Shown: positions 37,620-51,963, numbered from the stretch's first letter. The stretch is DNA of 64,000 nucleotides from Sphyrna mokarran (GCA_024679065.1 JAGIQG010000007.1:74338001-74402000), one strand, 5' to 3'. Notes: a model not told the origin generated them from the sequence alone. Made by a program: numbers and translations.

Positions 37620-38881
37620 AAAATCCTGGGCAATTCCTAATACTTTCTATTGAGTGCAAATGAAAATACAAGAATTATGACTTTCCACTTCAGATGGTGT
37701 AACATCTTGCAAAATTGTCAATGTGTATATATGCTCTAATCTATACAGGAATGTGTATCTGACTTTTTTATATTGCTACTTAGCAAACTTGTACTTGAAA
37801 CCTACCTACTCTGTAACTAGCTGATGCTAGTTAATGTCTGTAGATATAATGGGAGAAAAATAATTAAGAGTTTGAGTAAGTTTAACTTACTAGCCATGTG
37901 TAAATATCTGGGATTGTTTTATGGGATTTCTGATTTGTCTAATCATTGCTCCCTCTACCTGCACGCACCCATTTCTTGTTCTTGTATAGGGAAACTGGAA
38001 TGTTGGCTATTTTTCTTGGCTCAGTTGCTTAATTTAATTCTAGGGCATTTTCACAATTTTTGTACTGTTGCCAAGCTTTTAGGCTCATGATCAAAAATAC
38101 CAGGAGTTGCTAATAACACCAGAGTCCAATTTAATGTAATGTTGTATAATCAGTTAATACTTAAAAATGTACATTCATTCAATGTACTTTTTTTTGCTAT
38201 CAGGAGTCCCTCAAACTAACTATCTCATAACATAATAAATGATGTGTACAACAAAATACTATTCATAACAGTCTCCCTCTCTGGTCCTCCTGGCCTAACT
38301 TTTAAAATGATGTTTAACTATATTGCAAATTCTGATGTATATAACCTGACTCTTTCTCAGTCCCAAAAAAAGTCCTGTTTTAGGTATATATTCACTGTAT
38401 AGGTTGACATCTTTGTCAGCCACAGCATGCTATATTTGTGATAGCTGCTTCAATTTTTCTCCCCTCAAATGCATGTTTATCTTTTTAAACTGGGATCAAG
38501 GGACAAAATTCAATATGTCGCAGAGATCTTGCGTCAAAAACAGATGCCATTTGGAAATGGCAATTATCCATCCCCATACAGGCATTTCACTGAAGTATCA
38601 ATTTGACTTGTATGCTAACATGCATATTCACTGTCCCCTCTGATAGGAGTGGTACAATTGAAATAGGTATGGCATCATTCAAAATGTAATTGGATTCTCA
38701 GTTGGAGCAAATGAGCTTTGCTGTATCCATGTGGCCTTAATTTTCTTGTTTTGAAATTACTTTGCCTAGTATTGAAATGTATAGTTGGCTCCAACATGTA
38801 CATAATTCTAAATATTAGGCATATATTCCATGTATTTCAGCCCTACTCATTGGGATACTTGTAGATTCACTACTAACATTT

Positions 38882-39200
38882 GAGTGGCACAGGTTAGCAC
38901 TGCCTCACAGCACCAGGGACCTGGGTTCAATTCCCAACATGCTCCACTGTGTGGAGCTTGCACATTCTCTCCATGCCTGCATGGGTTTCCTCCAGGTGCT
39001 CCAGTTTCCTCCCACAGTTCAAGAATGTGCAGCTTAGGTGGATTGGCCATGCCAAATTGTCCCTCAGTGTCAGAGATTAGCTAGGGTAAATGCATGGGGT
39101 CATGGATAGCGCCTGGGTGGGACATCTGTTGTGGAAATGAGATCCTGGCTTCAGACGTAATGGGCTGAATGGCTGTCTCTTGGATTGTATGAATTTGATT
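38882..39200 (+). mobile_element. V-SINE (HE1-like)
   Basis: A and B boxes, V core, tail gggctgaatggc. Confidence 0.88.
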
Positions 39201-39449
39201 CCAACCATTATGATAGATGTATTTGTCACTAGGGCACAGATTAAATTGTCATATCCATTTGGTAGACTATGTAAACGCTAAAATACACGCTGTAGGCACT
39301 TGTGTACAATGACAGCGATCCATGATTTTAAAGATATGTTCAAAACTGAATATTTACTTGCCCATCCAATAAAGCTACCCAGCATGCCTACTTGCTTTGA
39401 TTTCCATTTGGTTTAAAGGATACATTGTGAAAGATTGTGTTTCAGTATA

Positions 39450-40260
39450 GGTTTTTGGGATGTTGTAATATTGGAAGAAATCATTTGGCTCCATTATGCA
39501 AGCTCTGCAGTACAATCCTTTCCGTCCTATTCTAACACCATGGCCTTGCAAGTTTATTTCCTTTTTGAAAATTCTTATTTTATCACTCTGTCTCTGTTCT
39601 CAATTGGAGCAAATGGCAACAAGTTGCAGGTCCTATCATAGTTTTTAAACAAATCCATTCTCTATACATCTCTTAAAACCTTCAAACCCACTAAGTCCAC
39701 CAGTCCTTGCTAATGGGATCAGATTTTCTTTGTCCATCTTCTCCAAATTGGTCATAATTTTATACATCCATTTGATCTTCCTTCAACCTTTGCTCCAAGA
39801 TGAATACCAATCTTTTAGTTAAGTTCCTTCATCTCTAGTAAATCTCTGAACCCTCTTGATGACCTTGTGGTTTCCAGAAGTGCATGCAACACTCTGATGG
39901 ACTAAATTAATTTTTTACTTCCCTTATTTTTCAACACACTGCCTTTTATTTTTTTGATCCCTTATGCCTTGCTAGCTAATCTCAATATATCCTTCCACCT
40001 TCAGAGGTCTGTGTATGAACCCCAAGGTTCAATTTGTCTTTGCATATATTTTGGAATTGTGCTAGTAAGTCTGTATTACCTCTGTCTCTTTTGTCAAAAT
40101 GTATCATCTTGCACTTAAATTTCTACCCCTGATCTTGCCTATTCTGCTGACCTTTGTCCTCTTGCAATCAGTTGGTATCATCATTATTGTTTATCACACC
40201 TCCAAGTTTGGATTCATCAATTTTTAAAAATTTTTCTTCATGTTAATATTTATGGTATCA
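39450..40260 (-). mobile_element. Highly decayed CR1 3' fragment
   Basis: Pyrimidine-rich antisense CR1 pattern similar to 52430-53580. Confidence 0.5.
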
Positions 40261-40654
40261 AAGTATTTTGGTAGCATCATGGCTGACTAGAGATGGCTAA
40301 ATCCTGAACATCTGCCAGATGGGGCCTGTAGATGGTGAACAAACCAACATAAGGGAAGGCCTATTGTCCTTGCCCATCTGTTATGGATGCAAATATCCAT
40401 CAACTTAGTAGGAATAACTACAGCATAATTCTTGTAGAGATAATATCCTGGCTTCAGATGGACATTCAATGTCATGTGGCATGATCAGTATTTAATGATT
40501 CGGAACAGATGGTTTTGAGCATGGTTGGAGCATAGCTCATCCAGGCAAGTGAAAAGTATTCCGTCATGCTCTTGACTTGAGAAGCTTTTGGGGAGTCAGG
40601 TGGTTGATTACTTGTTGCAAAATTCAAAGCCTCTGACCTGCTCCTGTGGGTCCA

Positions 40655-41130
40655 GTTTCTTGTCCATCTACAAGGTTAAGAGTATGATGGAATACTGTCC
40701 ACTTGCCTGGATGAGTGCTTTTCCAACAGTGCTCAAAATAATCAGCCATAAAGTTGCCTGCTTGATCAGGGTCTCATCCACCACCTTTAAACACTGCTTC
40801 CATTACTGATGCATAGTACCAGTAGTGTATAGGATTTAGAAAATGCACTGCAGCAACTTGCCAAGGCTTCCAAATCATGACCTGTACCACCTTAAAATTT
40901 GGGGGCAAGAGATGCGTGGGAATACAACTGCATGCAAGGTTTCCTTGAGTCCTATACTATTCTGACTTGGATATTGTTAGTTCTTGGCTGTCAGTAGGTC
41001 AAAAAAAACTAAAATCTCTTCCCCAACAGCCCTGAGTGTACCTACACTATTTGGATTGTAGTGGTTGAAGAAGGCTGCTCACCACCACTTCAAAGGCAAT
41101 TTGGGATGAGCAATCAGTGCTGACATTCCA
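40655..41130 (+). mobile_element. CR1/L2-group LINE 3' end
   Basis: IYK..VKSMMEYCPLAWMSA motif; tail aagaaggctgctcaccaccacttcaaaggcaatttgggatg. Confidence 0.75.
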
Positions 41131-44100
41131 TTGCTTGATCTCCTTAATTAACTGAAACTCCCCAGGTGCTGTTGATTTTCTCCTGATTATTGTTTCTTGA
41201 GATCGCCTACATTTGAATGGACTTCCTTGGTTACCAGGAATGTTCTTGCACCCTTGAATGAGGAGGTCATATTAACCACTTATCCAGTCTGCTGGCACCT
41301 TTCCTGTATCTAGTGAAGATTGGAGGTTTTTTGGAAGGCCTTTGTTATCTTGACCCCCTACATCCATTAGGAACTTGAACTAGGATTTACCAACATCAGC
41401 ACAGACAGGATATAAATCAAAAGGCTGACAATCAGGTTTCACTTATTATCTCAATCCTGTTGCTTTGAACAATATTTTGTCAGCATCCCATGCCTTTGAA
41501 AATACTAAAACAAAATATTCATGAAGTATTCTAACCTCTCAGCATTTTGGCATGCCCACTGGAATAATGCCATATGCATAATTTTAAACATGGACTGTAT
41601 TCGCATAACTTTTCTGAAATGTTTTTAAAACAAAAGGACACTAAACTACTGCTAACATGGCTGGCAAGGTTCAGGTAACTTTACAATTTCTGCATAAACT
41701 CAACTCCCTCAGATGCTGGGGCTAGGGGGATCTTCCTAATTGAAAGACTGAGTAGAATACCATGAACATAAAAAGACAAAACTATTTGTGGAATTAACAC
41801 TTAGTTTTTGGGCAAGTTCCCAAGCAATAAAATCCATGGACTTTTTGTCTGAGCTTGAAACTTAGCTGTGGGACGACAACATGAGTTGGTGTGAATAAAC
41901 ACCATCCATCCTCCGTTGCATAGCAGTGGCTTCAGACTTAGTTCTAGATGAACAACAGAAGTGTTCACCTGATAGAACTGATCAGTTCTGACCAAACTTC
42001 TCCAAGCACTAGGGAGAAACCAGACAGTCAGCAAACAACACAGAAGCAGCAGCAATATCTATGCTTAAACTGTAACATAAGGTCTCCAAACCTGTTTTAA
42101 GGGACACCAGTGCAGAAAACCATCCTTTTAAACTATACGTAACTAACTTTATGACCTCCTGAAAAATCCACGTCTTCAAGGGAATCCTGCAACAACATTT
42201 AATACTTTTTGAATATTGAATTCACTTAGCCACGCAAGTGGAAAAGAATCTCCTTTACCAAAACAATTACATGACTTGCAAACTATTCATTTGTTTGTGA
42301 CTTGCAAACTCTTTAAATTTTTTTCAAATGTGCATGTCATAGCATTATATTTTTCAAGGTGAAAGTGTGAATAAACAACAATTTAAACTTACAGAAGCTT
42401 GCTGCTGGTTATTTAAATTGACCATGTACTCTGCTTAAGCACACGTTTTTAAAGGAAAAGTTATGGATAATAAGGGAAAAAGGAGTTTCAGTTGTTTAAA
42501 ATCAACATCTTTGCTCCCAATTTGTTCTATCCTGCTTACTGGTTACGTACTAGTAAGTTATTAGGGTTTTGATTGTCATTCTATTTTCATTATCTCTATG
42601 TAAGTCTTAATTTATCATTTTCTATTCAAACTCATTAATTTTGATCCTGCTCCTGCTTGAAAAATTCATCTGATATCTTATTCCTTTTGTTTCTTATTTT
42701 CCTTATCAGTTCTGGCTGTAACTTCCTTGCCTTTCATTCTGCATTGTACTTGGTCTAGTCCTGAAAGCATCTTCCTTGAAATTGTCAAACTGTTTAATAT
42801 TTTTCAGGGCAAGATCCCTCTTCCCCCAAGTTTTAACTGAAATTAACAAGGAAAAATTTAATATATCAGTTTAATTCCTACCCACTTTTCCAACAGACAC
42901 TTAGCCCAACTTATTCCACAGCAATGCCTCCTTTGTAATTGCACTGAGGTAGTGCTGCTTAAATTTCTGCTGAACACATTTTAAAAATGTATTTCCCCTC
43001 CTGTGCTTTTTATTTTGTTCTAACATTACCTCGTCTTGGGATGATTAGCTCCCTTGATGTCACTACGTTATACTCCTTGAATATATGATTTGCTTTTCTA
43101 TCTGTCATATGATGTTGTGGTCCATTGATCATCCCTAACAGTGTTTAGTTTCTCAAGTTTAAACAAATGTGTTTTTGAGTGACAAGGAGATTCTCTTTCC
43201 AACTGTATAATGTCTTTCCTGATCCATTCTATCAGCCACCTCCCTTAGTTTTCCTGAATACATGTTCAGCGGAAATGTTGGCTCTGTTCTCTCTCCTCAG
43301 ATGCTGTCAGACCCACTACAGTTTTCCAGTGTTTTTGAACCACTCATTTTTGTTTTAAATATGCGAGTTGTATTCTTGTCTGCTCTTAACTGAAATGGCA
43401 TTCCTTCCTTCTCTGGTACTATCCATTACTTTTTATACATGGTCTTCCTTCTTTCTATTTCAAATGTGCTGATGCCCATTCCCAGCCAATTTAGTTTAAA
43501 CCTTCCCAATCCACACTTCCCTGCATTCCTTGTTGATTTGCAACCCATTCCTGTTGAATATAGATGCCTTCTGTCTCAGAACTAGTCTTTATAGTTTTTG
43601 AAATTGCTAGGCTTAGTTCTAGGTTGCTCCTTTGCTAATTTTCTCTACCTTGAAGGAGTGATGCAACCATTGTTTCCCTAATCAAGCTCTTGAGTCCTTT
43701 CCATGCAGATGATATTGAAACTTAAAACTAACTTGGATATATTGCAGTTAAAGCTTTGGAGCTACAAAAAAAACTGAACAGCTGTAGCATTTTGTTTAAC
43801 AACAGCCACTGAGTTTGCTAAATTGTTTTTACATGGATCATTAAATTAATGGAATAAATTCATTTATAATAAATTGAAATTGACTCCCTTTTCTGATGGA
43901 TACCAACTTTGTATTGGGAAGGTGAAGACAGCACCCAAGAGAAATGAGTCAATGTTATGAAAAGTAACTATCTCTTAATGCAGTTTTCATTTGCATAGTG
44001 AACTTCAACTTAAGGTCTGGCTAGGAAGGAGGGACAGGAATGTGCTAATATTTGAACTTTGATTTCCTCTGATATTTCTGACTTTAGGTTAACTGAATAC

Positions 44101-44484
44101 AGTAACATTTGTGATTGCATTGAATAGAGAAGAAAGATATTTCTTGAGTTTTGGTAAATAAATCATTACTCTGAAAAATGTACTTTATTCTAAATGTGTC
44201 ATTAAACATAACTATGCACCTGAACTATTTACTATGTCTTTATCAGATGATTCTAAAACTATTCCACTGAGATTTGAGCAGTTATTTTCTTCTATGTCTG
44301 AAGATCATTGTCATTTGAATCACTGCTTTGTTGTTTTTTCACTATCATTTACTCCTAGCTTTAAGGAGACTGTATAGGGTTGAACTTCGGTTTTTTTGGT
44401 GAGAACACGATCTTATTTACAGTTCTGATTTTTTTTTTGTGTAGTAGGTCTTGAAACAAAATTATTTTGACTTTCCTTCATCAG

Positions 44485-44583
44485 ACTGCCAAGGCATTTC
44501 TTCCCAAGATGCTGGAAATGAACCATGGACATATTGTGACAGTGGCAAGTTCCTTAGGGTTGTTCAGCACTGCTGGTGTTGAG
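44485..44583 (+). CDS. RDH10: RDH10 coding exon 2 (99 nt)
   Basis: [33 protein letters not shown]; tcag acceptor, GTTAGT donor. Confidence 0.97.
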
Positions 44584-46861
44584 GTTAGTACCTTTTTAAC
44601 TATTGCTCCAGAAAAATGTTCCTTTTTTTGATGCATTTTCTCATTTTGAAGAACAAGCAATGCCTTAAGGGTCTAAAATTTTAAAAAAATCATTCCACAG
44701 TCCCAAATTATGTTTTTGAAATGAAATGCGCCATGGTGTCTCAGCATATCAATTGTTATTTTCTAGTCAATATATAGTATCTTGCTATAATTGAGCAAAT
44801 AGCAAATATTAGAATTTAAGCAGCTAAAATATTGTTTCGCTTTGTGCAACACACAAAATATTTTTGGGGGACCAGAAGATCTCATGATGGCAGCAGTGAA
44901 GGGGAAAGAAAAATTTGAAGTATTTTGCATGAACTCTCCCCTCCTGGGTCTTTGTGTAATCAATGGAACTCAGTTACTAAGCTTTGAAACTTGTATTCAC
45001 CCCACCCACATCCAAAAGGTTGAACATTCCTGAGTTACATAGTGTTCAGCACCGAAACTGTATACCTCGATTCGAATCTGTCTCTTTCCTCCCCCACCCT
45101 ATGTTTCCAACTAAATTTTTTTGAAACTGGTTTGGCAAGCAATATTTCCTTAATTTACAAATTAGTTACTGAACTGATAACCATTTTTAATACCTCAGTC
45201 ATCTCCTGTGTTGTTATATTCTGGCCTTTTTTGATTCCTTCTTCCTCGCATTGGGCCCCTTTTACAGCTGGTCAGCTATTCTCTTGTTTACATGTGCTCA
45301 ACTTCAAATCCATTTACAACATTGTGCCACTGTGCTCCAATTAAGACAACTTTGTTCAGCCAAGCAGAAGAAAAAATGACAGTGAATATAGAAAGGGAGG
45401 ACGGCAAGCTCTTTCACATGATGCTCTGTCTTGTACTCATTTGCTGTCTGTCTCTATCTGTTTTAAAGTTGCTATCAGTGTAAGAATTGCCTTACTCCAA
45501 TGGTGTGTTTTGCTGCCATTCCATCACTAATTTGGAATGTAATAATGCAGCTCCTTTAAAATGAGTTCTAATACATAAAACAAAGGAATTTAAGAAATTG
45601 TCTAAAGTACAGGAGGTCTCTGATTAAAGAGTATCTTTTTCCCTTTTTATGAAGCACACTATGCACAGCAGTTAATTTCCATACTGCATCAAATGCATGT
45701 TATTCTCCATGCTACTAGAAAAATTGACTTGGGTGGGATTTTTTGTTATCATTTTTATCTTTGTTTTTGAACAGCCATGACACAGGAACATTTCATAAAA
45801 ACTATCCAACTTAAATCTTGTAAGATCACAAGATTTGGCCCCTCAAGCCTGTTCTTAAAGGTTAGTAAGATCATGACCGAACTGATTCTAGTATCCATTT
45901 TCCTGCCTGCCCAGTCAGTGACATTTGGACACACTTGATCAAGAAAGATACCACTGAAACAACCAGTCAGTAGCAAGAATGTTAACAAACTGACTTGTTG
46001 CAAACACACTTGGGCCTACCCATATTTTCAGTTTTTCCAAGGAATTCTCAAGGTAGCATCTTCTCTTTCCAGAGCATTCTTTACATGGTATAACTGTAAA
46101 TTTATTTTCCCCCAATGTTACTGATGTCCCCATGAAAACTTCCAAACTATTTTTAGATGATAAATAATTAGACCCTGGTGATATTGTGGCATTCGACTAG
46201 TTACAGTTGCCAATCTGAGGGACTCATTTATTCTATTCCCTACAGCATCCACCATGTGCAGTAGTTTGTAGTAAGGGTTAATGTGCAACATGGGCAAATG
46301 TACTGTTCACATTATGTAAAGAGTCACATAAGCTCTCTGTGGAAAGAACAGGAGAGAACTCTGTGTGAAGAAACAGCACTAACTATGCACTATCTTGGAG
46401 ACAAGCATGTAAATAGTTGTGTGCTAATGATACAGTTTATGTTCAACCACACAAGCCTCCAGGCCTCAGACACCAAACAACTTTTTAAACATGATGGTGG
46501 CAGGAGGTGAAAAACCCCAAAATATCAATGAAAACATCTGAGGTCAGGCAGTAGTATTGTGTGCCTAAATCAAAGACAGGACTGGAGATTGCCTAAAAAG
46601 ATGCATTCCAGGTGAGGAAGTGAAGGAAATTTCACTGTGCAGCTGAAAGGAACCCCATCCATGCAAGTGTAGATACACTGCCAACCTGATCAGATGCAGT
46701 GTCAGAGTGAAAAAAATTCATTAAGGCTGAAGTAGCCTTTTAAAAATAATCAGCTCATGCTAATAGCATGCAGCTGGATCCAGAGTATGCCATACCATTC
46801 AGCTGAACTAAATGCTCACTTTGAAATCAGATTTTTGAAATTCAGACTAATTTGAGCTTGG

Positions 46862-47110
46862 TGGGTGGCATGGTCACAATGGCACTGTTGCCTCACCATG
46901 CCAGGGACCTGGATTCAATTTCCAGCTTGGGTTACTATTTGTGTTTCCTCTGGGTGTTCTGGTTTTCTCCCACAGTCCAAAAGACGTGCTGGTTAGGTGC
47001 ATTGCCTGTGCTAAATTCTCCCTCCAGGCACTGGAATGTACTGGCTAGGGGATTTTCTCTAACTTCCTTGCAATGTCAATGTAAAGCAACTTGTGGTACT
47101 AATAAATAAA
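46862..47110 (+). mobile_element. V-SINE remnant
   Basis: tRNA-like head, partial V core, ends aataaataaac. Confidence 0.75.
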
Positions 47111-47329
47111 CTTTTTACTTTTTCATGCCTAGGCCTACGTGGACTCCAAACTGGGCATCATAGAAAAGTGAAATTTTAGGTTACAGGAGTATATCAGGAT
47201 TAAGTAGAAACCAAAAGTAGTGCAAGTTAATATATTGTAATTGGTGAAATTTTTGATAAGGCATTGATGAATCCTCAACCACATGAGGTATTAAAAGCCA
47301 TTTCACAAGTACTTTAAACTCAAAGTTGT

Positions 47330-48975
47330 GGAGACCATATTTTTTAAAATAAAAGGCCTTGAACACTCTAAAGCACCAAAAGTGCAAGGAGACTTGAGTG
47401 AGGAATATGGTATCTCTCACAACCTTTTAAAAATGCTGACAGTACCCAAACTGCTGGTGGCAGTGCAGAGTGAACAGATAGCTGTGAATGAAGGAATGTT
47501 AACTGGTGCAGTGCAAAAGCCACAAAACTGCAAAAAGAAAATTAACTTATTTCATTGGGAAATGATCATATCAAAAATGAGGTGGAAGAACACAACCAGC
47601 ACAACAGGTAGAAAAAACACTCAGCTTCTGCCCTGAAAGGCTCATTACATGAGCCTGGATAAATGAGAGCTTAATGTTGAATACAACTTGAGGAAAAAGC
47701 TGCTTTGGAACTATCAGCCGCAACAAAGCACTGTGTGTTGTCAAGAAGTCAACAAGAAAATGAATAGTTAATTGCTCTCCATGATCAAATGCAAAAGGAA
47801 TACGTAGTTATGGAACCCTACAGTGAAGGGGGCCATTTGGCCCATCGTGTCTGTATTGGCCACAATCCCACTCAGGCCTGATTCCTGCAACTCCACACAT
47901 TTACCCTGTTAATTCCCATGACACTAGAATCAATTTAGCATGGCCAATCAACCTTGTACATCTTTGGACTGTGGCAGGAAATTGGAGCACCCAGTGGACA
48001 TGTATGCAGAAAGTGGAATGTGTAAACTTCACACAGTGACACGAGGCTGGAATTGAACCTGAAACCCTGGCACTGAGGGAACAGTGCCAACCACAGTGCC
48101 GCTGCTGAGAACTATCTTGAACAACAGGAAAAAAGCAAATGCTAAATTATGAGAAATCTCAGGATCAGGCAACTGAGCTTCACAAAGGGAAAAACCTTGT
48201 TGAATGACATTCACATGCTCCAAAGATCCTTGAGTCACCATTTGTTTGTCTGGAAAATCATGAAGAGAAGCAAAATTTAATGTCACTGTGCCAAATGGTT
48301 TTTCTTTTTAGAGAAGATTCAGCAATGCTCAATCCTCCAGGAGGTAGCCAGAGCTACAAAAACTGCAGAGCTGAAGAAAATGGTAGAATATTTAGAAAAC
48401 AGGGGGAAAAAAATTTCCAAAAATGCACATGAAATGGAAAGCAAACTTGTTAATACTATGAATGGAAAAAGTGATAAAGTATGCAGAGGTCAAACTACAA
48501 AATGAAGGACTTCCAGAGGAAAAGAAATCCAAGTACAGGGGCAACAAGAAGTAGAAAACTTACAGCTCCAATTTGACCATCAGTGTTCACTCCCACTTTT
48601 GCAGCAGAACCAAGTGAAAGATGAGATGAAAACAGAGATTCTTAGGCTGAAGAACCTGCTGACTAGTGAAGAAGAGGCATTAAAAGGAAAGGTTTTCCAA
48701 GCTGAGTAGATACTGAAACTGAGTAGCATGATAGCAGAACTGGAACAAATTAAGACTGTCAAAGACCAACCTGACTAAGTGAAGCATGAGGACAAAGTTC
48801 CTCTTTCTCATCTGCAGCAAATATCAGGAAATATAATTCTGAAGGAAAAACACAGGGTGCCTCAAACTTATTAGAATCAGTTAAGATGTTGAAAATGATA
48901 AAGCTGGAATGAAAACCAAAAATCTAGAATGGCAAAAAGATTTTCAAAGGAGAAGTGTCTGGAACAGCTGGTAGA
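47330..48975 (+). pseudogene. Possible decayed retrocopy of a coiled-coil protein gene
   Basis: Purine-rich strand; fragments translate to E/Q/K/L-rich peptides with stops and frameshifts; parent gene not recognised. Confidence 0.35.
47808..48103 (-). mobile_element. V-SINE (HE1-like)
   Basis: Antisense head, V core and tail. Confidence 0.8.
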
Positions 48976-49475
48976 AATAACAATGGCATTTTCTTGTTTG
49001 TTAATTCCCCAAAGCTTTAGCTACTGTTTTTCCTTTTTATATACTTGGAGAAACCTTTTATTGCATTTTTATTTTTATTCCCTACTAATTTCTAATTGTT
49101 AAACATATGTACCTGTTCAGTTACTGCATCATTTAATTGGATTCAAATTTCATTCACTACTAGTGACATGACCAACATAAATGTTTGATTCCAAAATACT
49201 GACATGTATTACATTGATTTGCTTTAGCACTTCCAAATGTGACTAGCTGAAATGCTTCTGCTCATTTTTCATTCATTCTCCTACCATTCCTTCAGAAACC
49301 ACCCAATTTGGTAAGTGGCAGAATTACTAATGAAAGCATGATCCATCTTGGCCACAGAAGATCAGTGCTATTCACACAACTGGTAAACTTGTTGATGAAT
49401 TAAATGTGCATCAATGGCTTTTATTATAATTGAAATAAAAATGGTTCTGAATTATAAATTTATCCTATCATTTAG

Positions 49476-49621
49476 GATTACTGTGCAAGCAAATTTGGAG
49501 CAATAGGATTTCATGAATCCTTGAGCCATGAGTTGAAGGCTTCAGAGAAAGATGGGATCAAGATGACACTTGTTTGTCCGTATTTAGTGGACACCGGTAT
49601 GTTTCGTGGCTGCAGAATAAG
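49476..49621 (+). CDS. RDH10: RDH10 coding exon 3 (146 nt), contains the catalytic YxxxK
   Basis: [49 protein letters not shown]; ttag acceptor, GTGAGG donor. Confidence 0.97.
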
Positions 49622-50887
49622 GTGAGGTGAATAATGAGCTGTTGAGTGCATGAGGTTTAAATTGTATATTTAATCACTGAATTAAAAGTCTGTTACATGG
49701 TCAAAAAATGATTTGTCTTCAGAGGAATGATGAGGATAACTTGAGGAAATTTGACCAAGCATTAGTTTACATTAAGTCACTTTACAATGTGTACCCAGCC
49801 TTAATACAACTGGTTAGAGTATGGTGCAGGGCGTATTCCTTTTATTCCCCTCAAGTGTTTGGCAAATGGCAGGAAAAGGTATTTTTGGGGGGTTAAATAA
49901 AAATGCGTAGCTCAAGTGTTTAACAGTTTTTGGAATGTCACATTACAAAATTTTTGGTATTTATTTCCAATTATTTTAATGAAGTTGTGTTTTTAAATTT
50001 GGAATAAATGCAGCATTTCCTTTTCATATTAGAATTTTCGTGCCCATTTTTCTTAACCATAGAATCCTAATGGGCCAGTTAGCCCATGTCAGCATCGACT
50101 GAGTATCATACCTAGTCCCTTTTACAAAGCGTACCCACAAAACGGCATTAAGATGAATGACTAGTTGAAAGGGGAATGTTATCAAAGAATTTCTAGAAAT
50201 TGCTTGATTCTTTTCAAATAAGTGTTCACGGAGAAGCAAATAGCGCCTTTGTTTACTGGCTCGTCTGACACACAGTTCAGGTTACCACTTTCCATCTTAG
50301 CATCCCTCTCTTACAAAACATCAGCATATCTTCCAGTGCTACATTGTTCATATGTTTGGGTGCCAGGATAGATCATGACAAGTTGATATTTAATGAATGT
50401 AAGCCTCCAGCATTCTGAAATAAAGGCGTAGTTGAAAACTGATTAATTTTCCATGATGTGTGTTTTGGTAATTGTGTCATTTATTTATAGCTGAAAGGCA
50501 TTTGTGTTGATGTCTATTTATACCCCAGGTTTGACGCACCTGCAGCATTTCAGGATATGAAATTTATTTGTTACTTCAAGCCACAAAAATGTAGTGGGGC
50601 AACCACTAAAGCTTTTAAGTTAGGTTTGAGCAGTGCAGGTGTGTACCACTTCAGACATGGTGCTTCTGTTACTTTTGCAATTCGAAGGAATAAGTAAACT
50701 GGACTTTCAGCAAGAATGTCTGTCTGAGACCTGAGAATTCATAGCACTGATTACCACATTTCTCTTGAGTGATGGCTACAATAGGAACTTTCACTGGTAA
50801 ACTAGAGAATTAATCAAAACGACCTTCAATTCATTAGCCCTACTTTCATAAAACTTCTATTTGCTTGAATAGATTTGGTTATCAATT

Positions 50888-51655
50888 AGAACATAGAACA
50901 ATACAGCACAGAACAGGCCCTTCGGCCTTCGATGTTGTGCCGACCAAAATAAAAAGCAATGCCCCTCCTAACTAAACCATTCCCTTCTCTTCCATATACT
51001 TATCAACTAACCTCTTAAACGCCACCAAACTTGGCGCATCTACAACAGCTGCAGGCAGGGCATTCCACTCCCTAATCACTCTTTGAGTAAAGAACCTACC
51101 TCTGATATCCGTCCTATAACTCATACCCCTTAATTTAAAGCTGTGTCCCCTCGTGCTAGCTTTCTCCATCCTAGGAAAAAGGCTATCACTGTCCACCCTA
51201 TCTAAACCTCTAATCATCTTATATGCTTCAATAAGATCCCCTCTTAGCCGCCTCCTTTCTAACGAAAACAACCTCAAATCCTTCAACCTCTCTTCATAGG
51301 ACCTGCCCTCCATACCAGGCAACATCCTGGTAAACCTCCTCTGTACCCTCTCCAATGCCTCCACATCTTTCTTATAATGTGGGGACCAGAACTGCACACA
51401 ATACTCCAAGTGCGGCCGCACTAGAGTTTTGTACAGTTGCAACATGATGCTGCGGCTCCTAAATTCAATCCCCCTACCAATAAAAGCTAAGACTCCATAT
51501 GCCTTCTTAACAACTTTATCCACTTGACTGCCTACTTTCAGGGATCTATTGACACATACACCAAGATCCTTCACTTCCTCAACACTATTAAGAGCCCTAC
51601 CATTAGCCCTATACTCTACACATTTATTGTTCCTGCCAAAGTGCATTACCTCACA
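50888..51655 (-). mobile_element. Young 5'-truncated CR1 LINE with an uninterrupted ORF2 C-terminus
   Basis: CEVMHFGR...KDLGV...LYKTLVRPHLEYCVQFWSP...FFTQRVIREWNALP to the stop at 50972; short 3' UTR. Confidence 0.95.
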
Positions 51656-51685
51656 ATGCACTTGAGGTAATGTGAGGTAATTCTC

Positions 51686-51963
51686 TATAGAATCCCTACA
51701 ATGTAGGAAAGGGCCATTTCGTCCATCAGGCCTGTACTGACAACAATCCCTTGTATTTGCCCTGCTTATCTCCCTAACACTAAGGTTCATTGGCCATGCT
51801 CATTTGCCCCAAACGTGCATATATTTGAAATGTGGGAGGAAACTGGAGCGCCTGGAGGAAACCCACACAAATATGGGGAGAACATGCCAACTCCATACAG
51901 TGACCCAAGCTGGGAAACAAACTCTGGTTCTTGATGCTGAGGCAGCAATGCTAACACTGCCAT
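51686..51963 (-). mobile_element. V-SINE (HE1-like)
   Basis: Antisense head and V core. Confidence 0.8.

Noticed and set aside
50972-51790. 272-aa ORF as a host gene
   Set aside because: It is a CR1 ORF2 C-terminus fused by chance to SINE-derived sequence.
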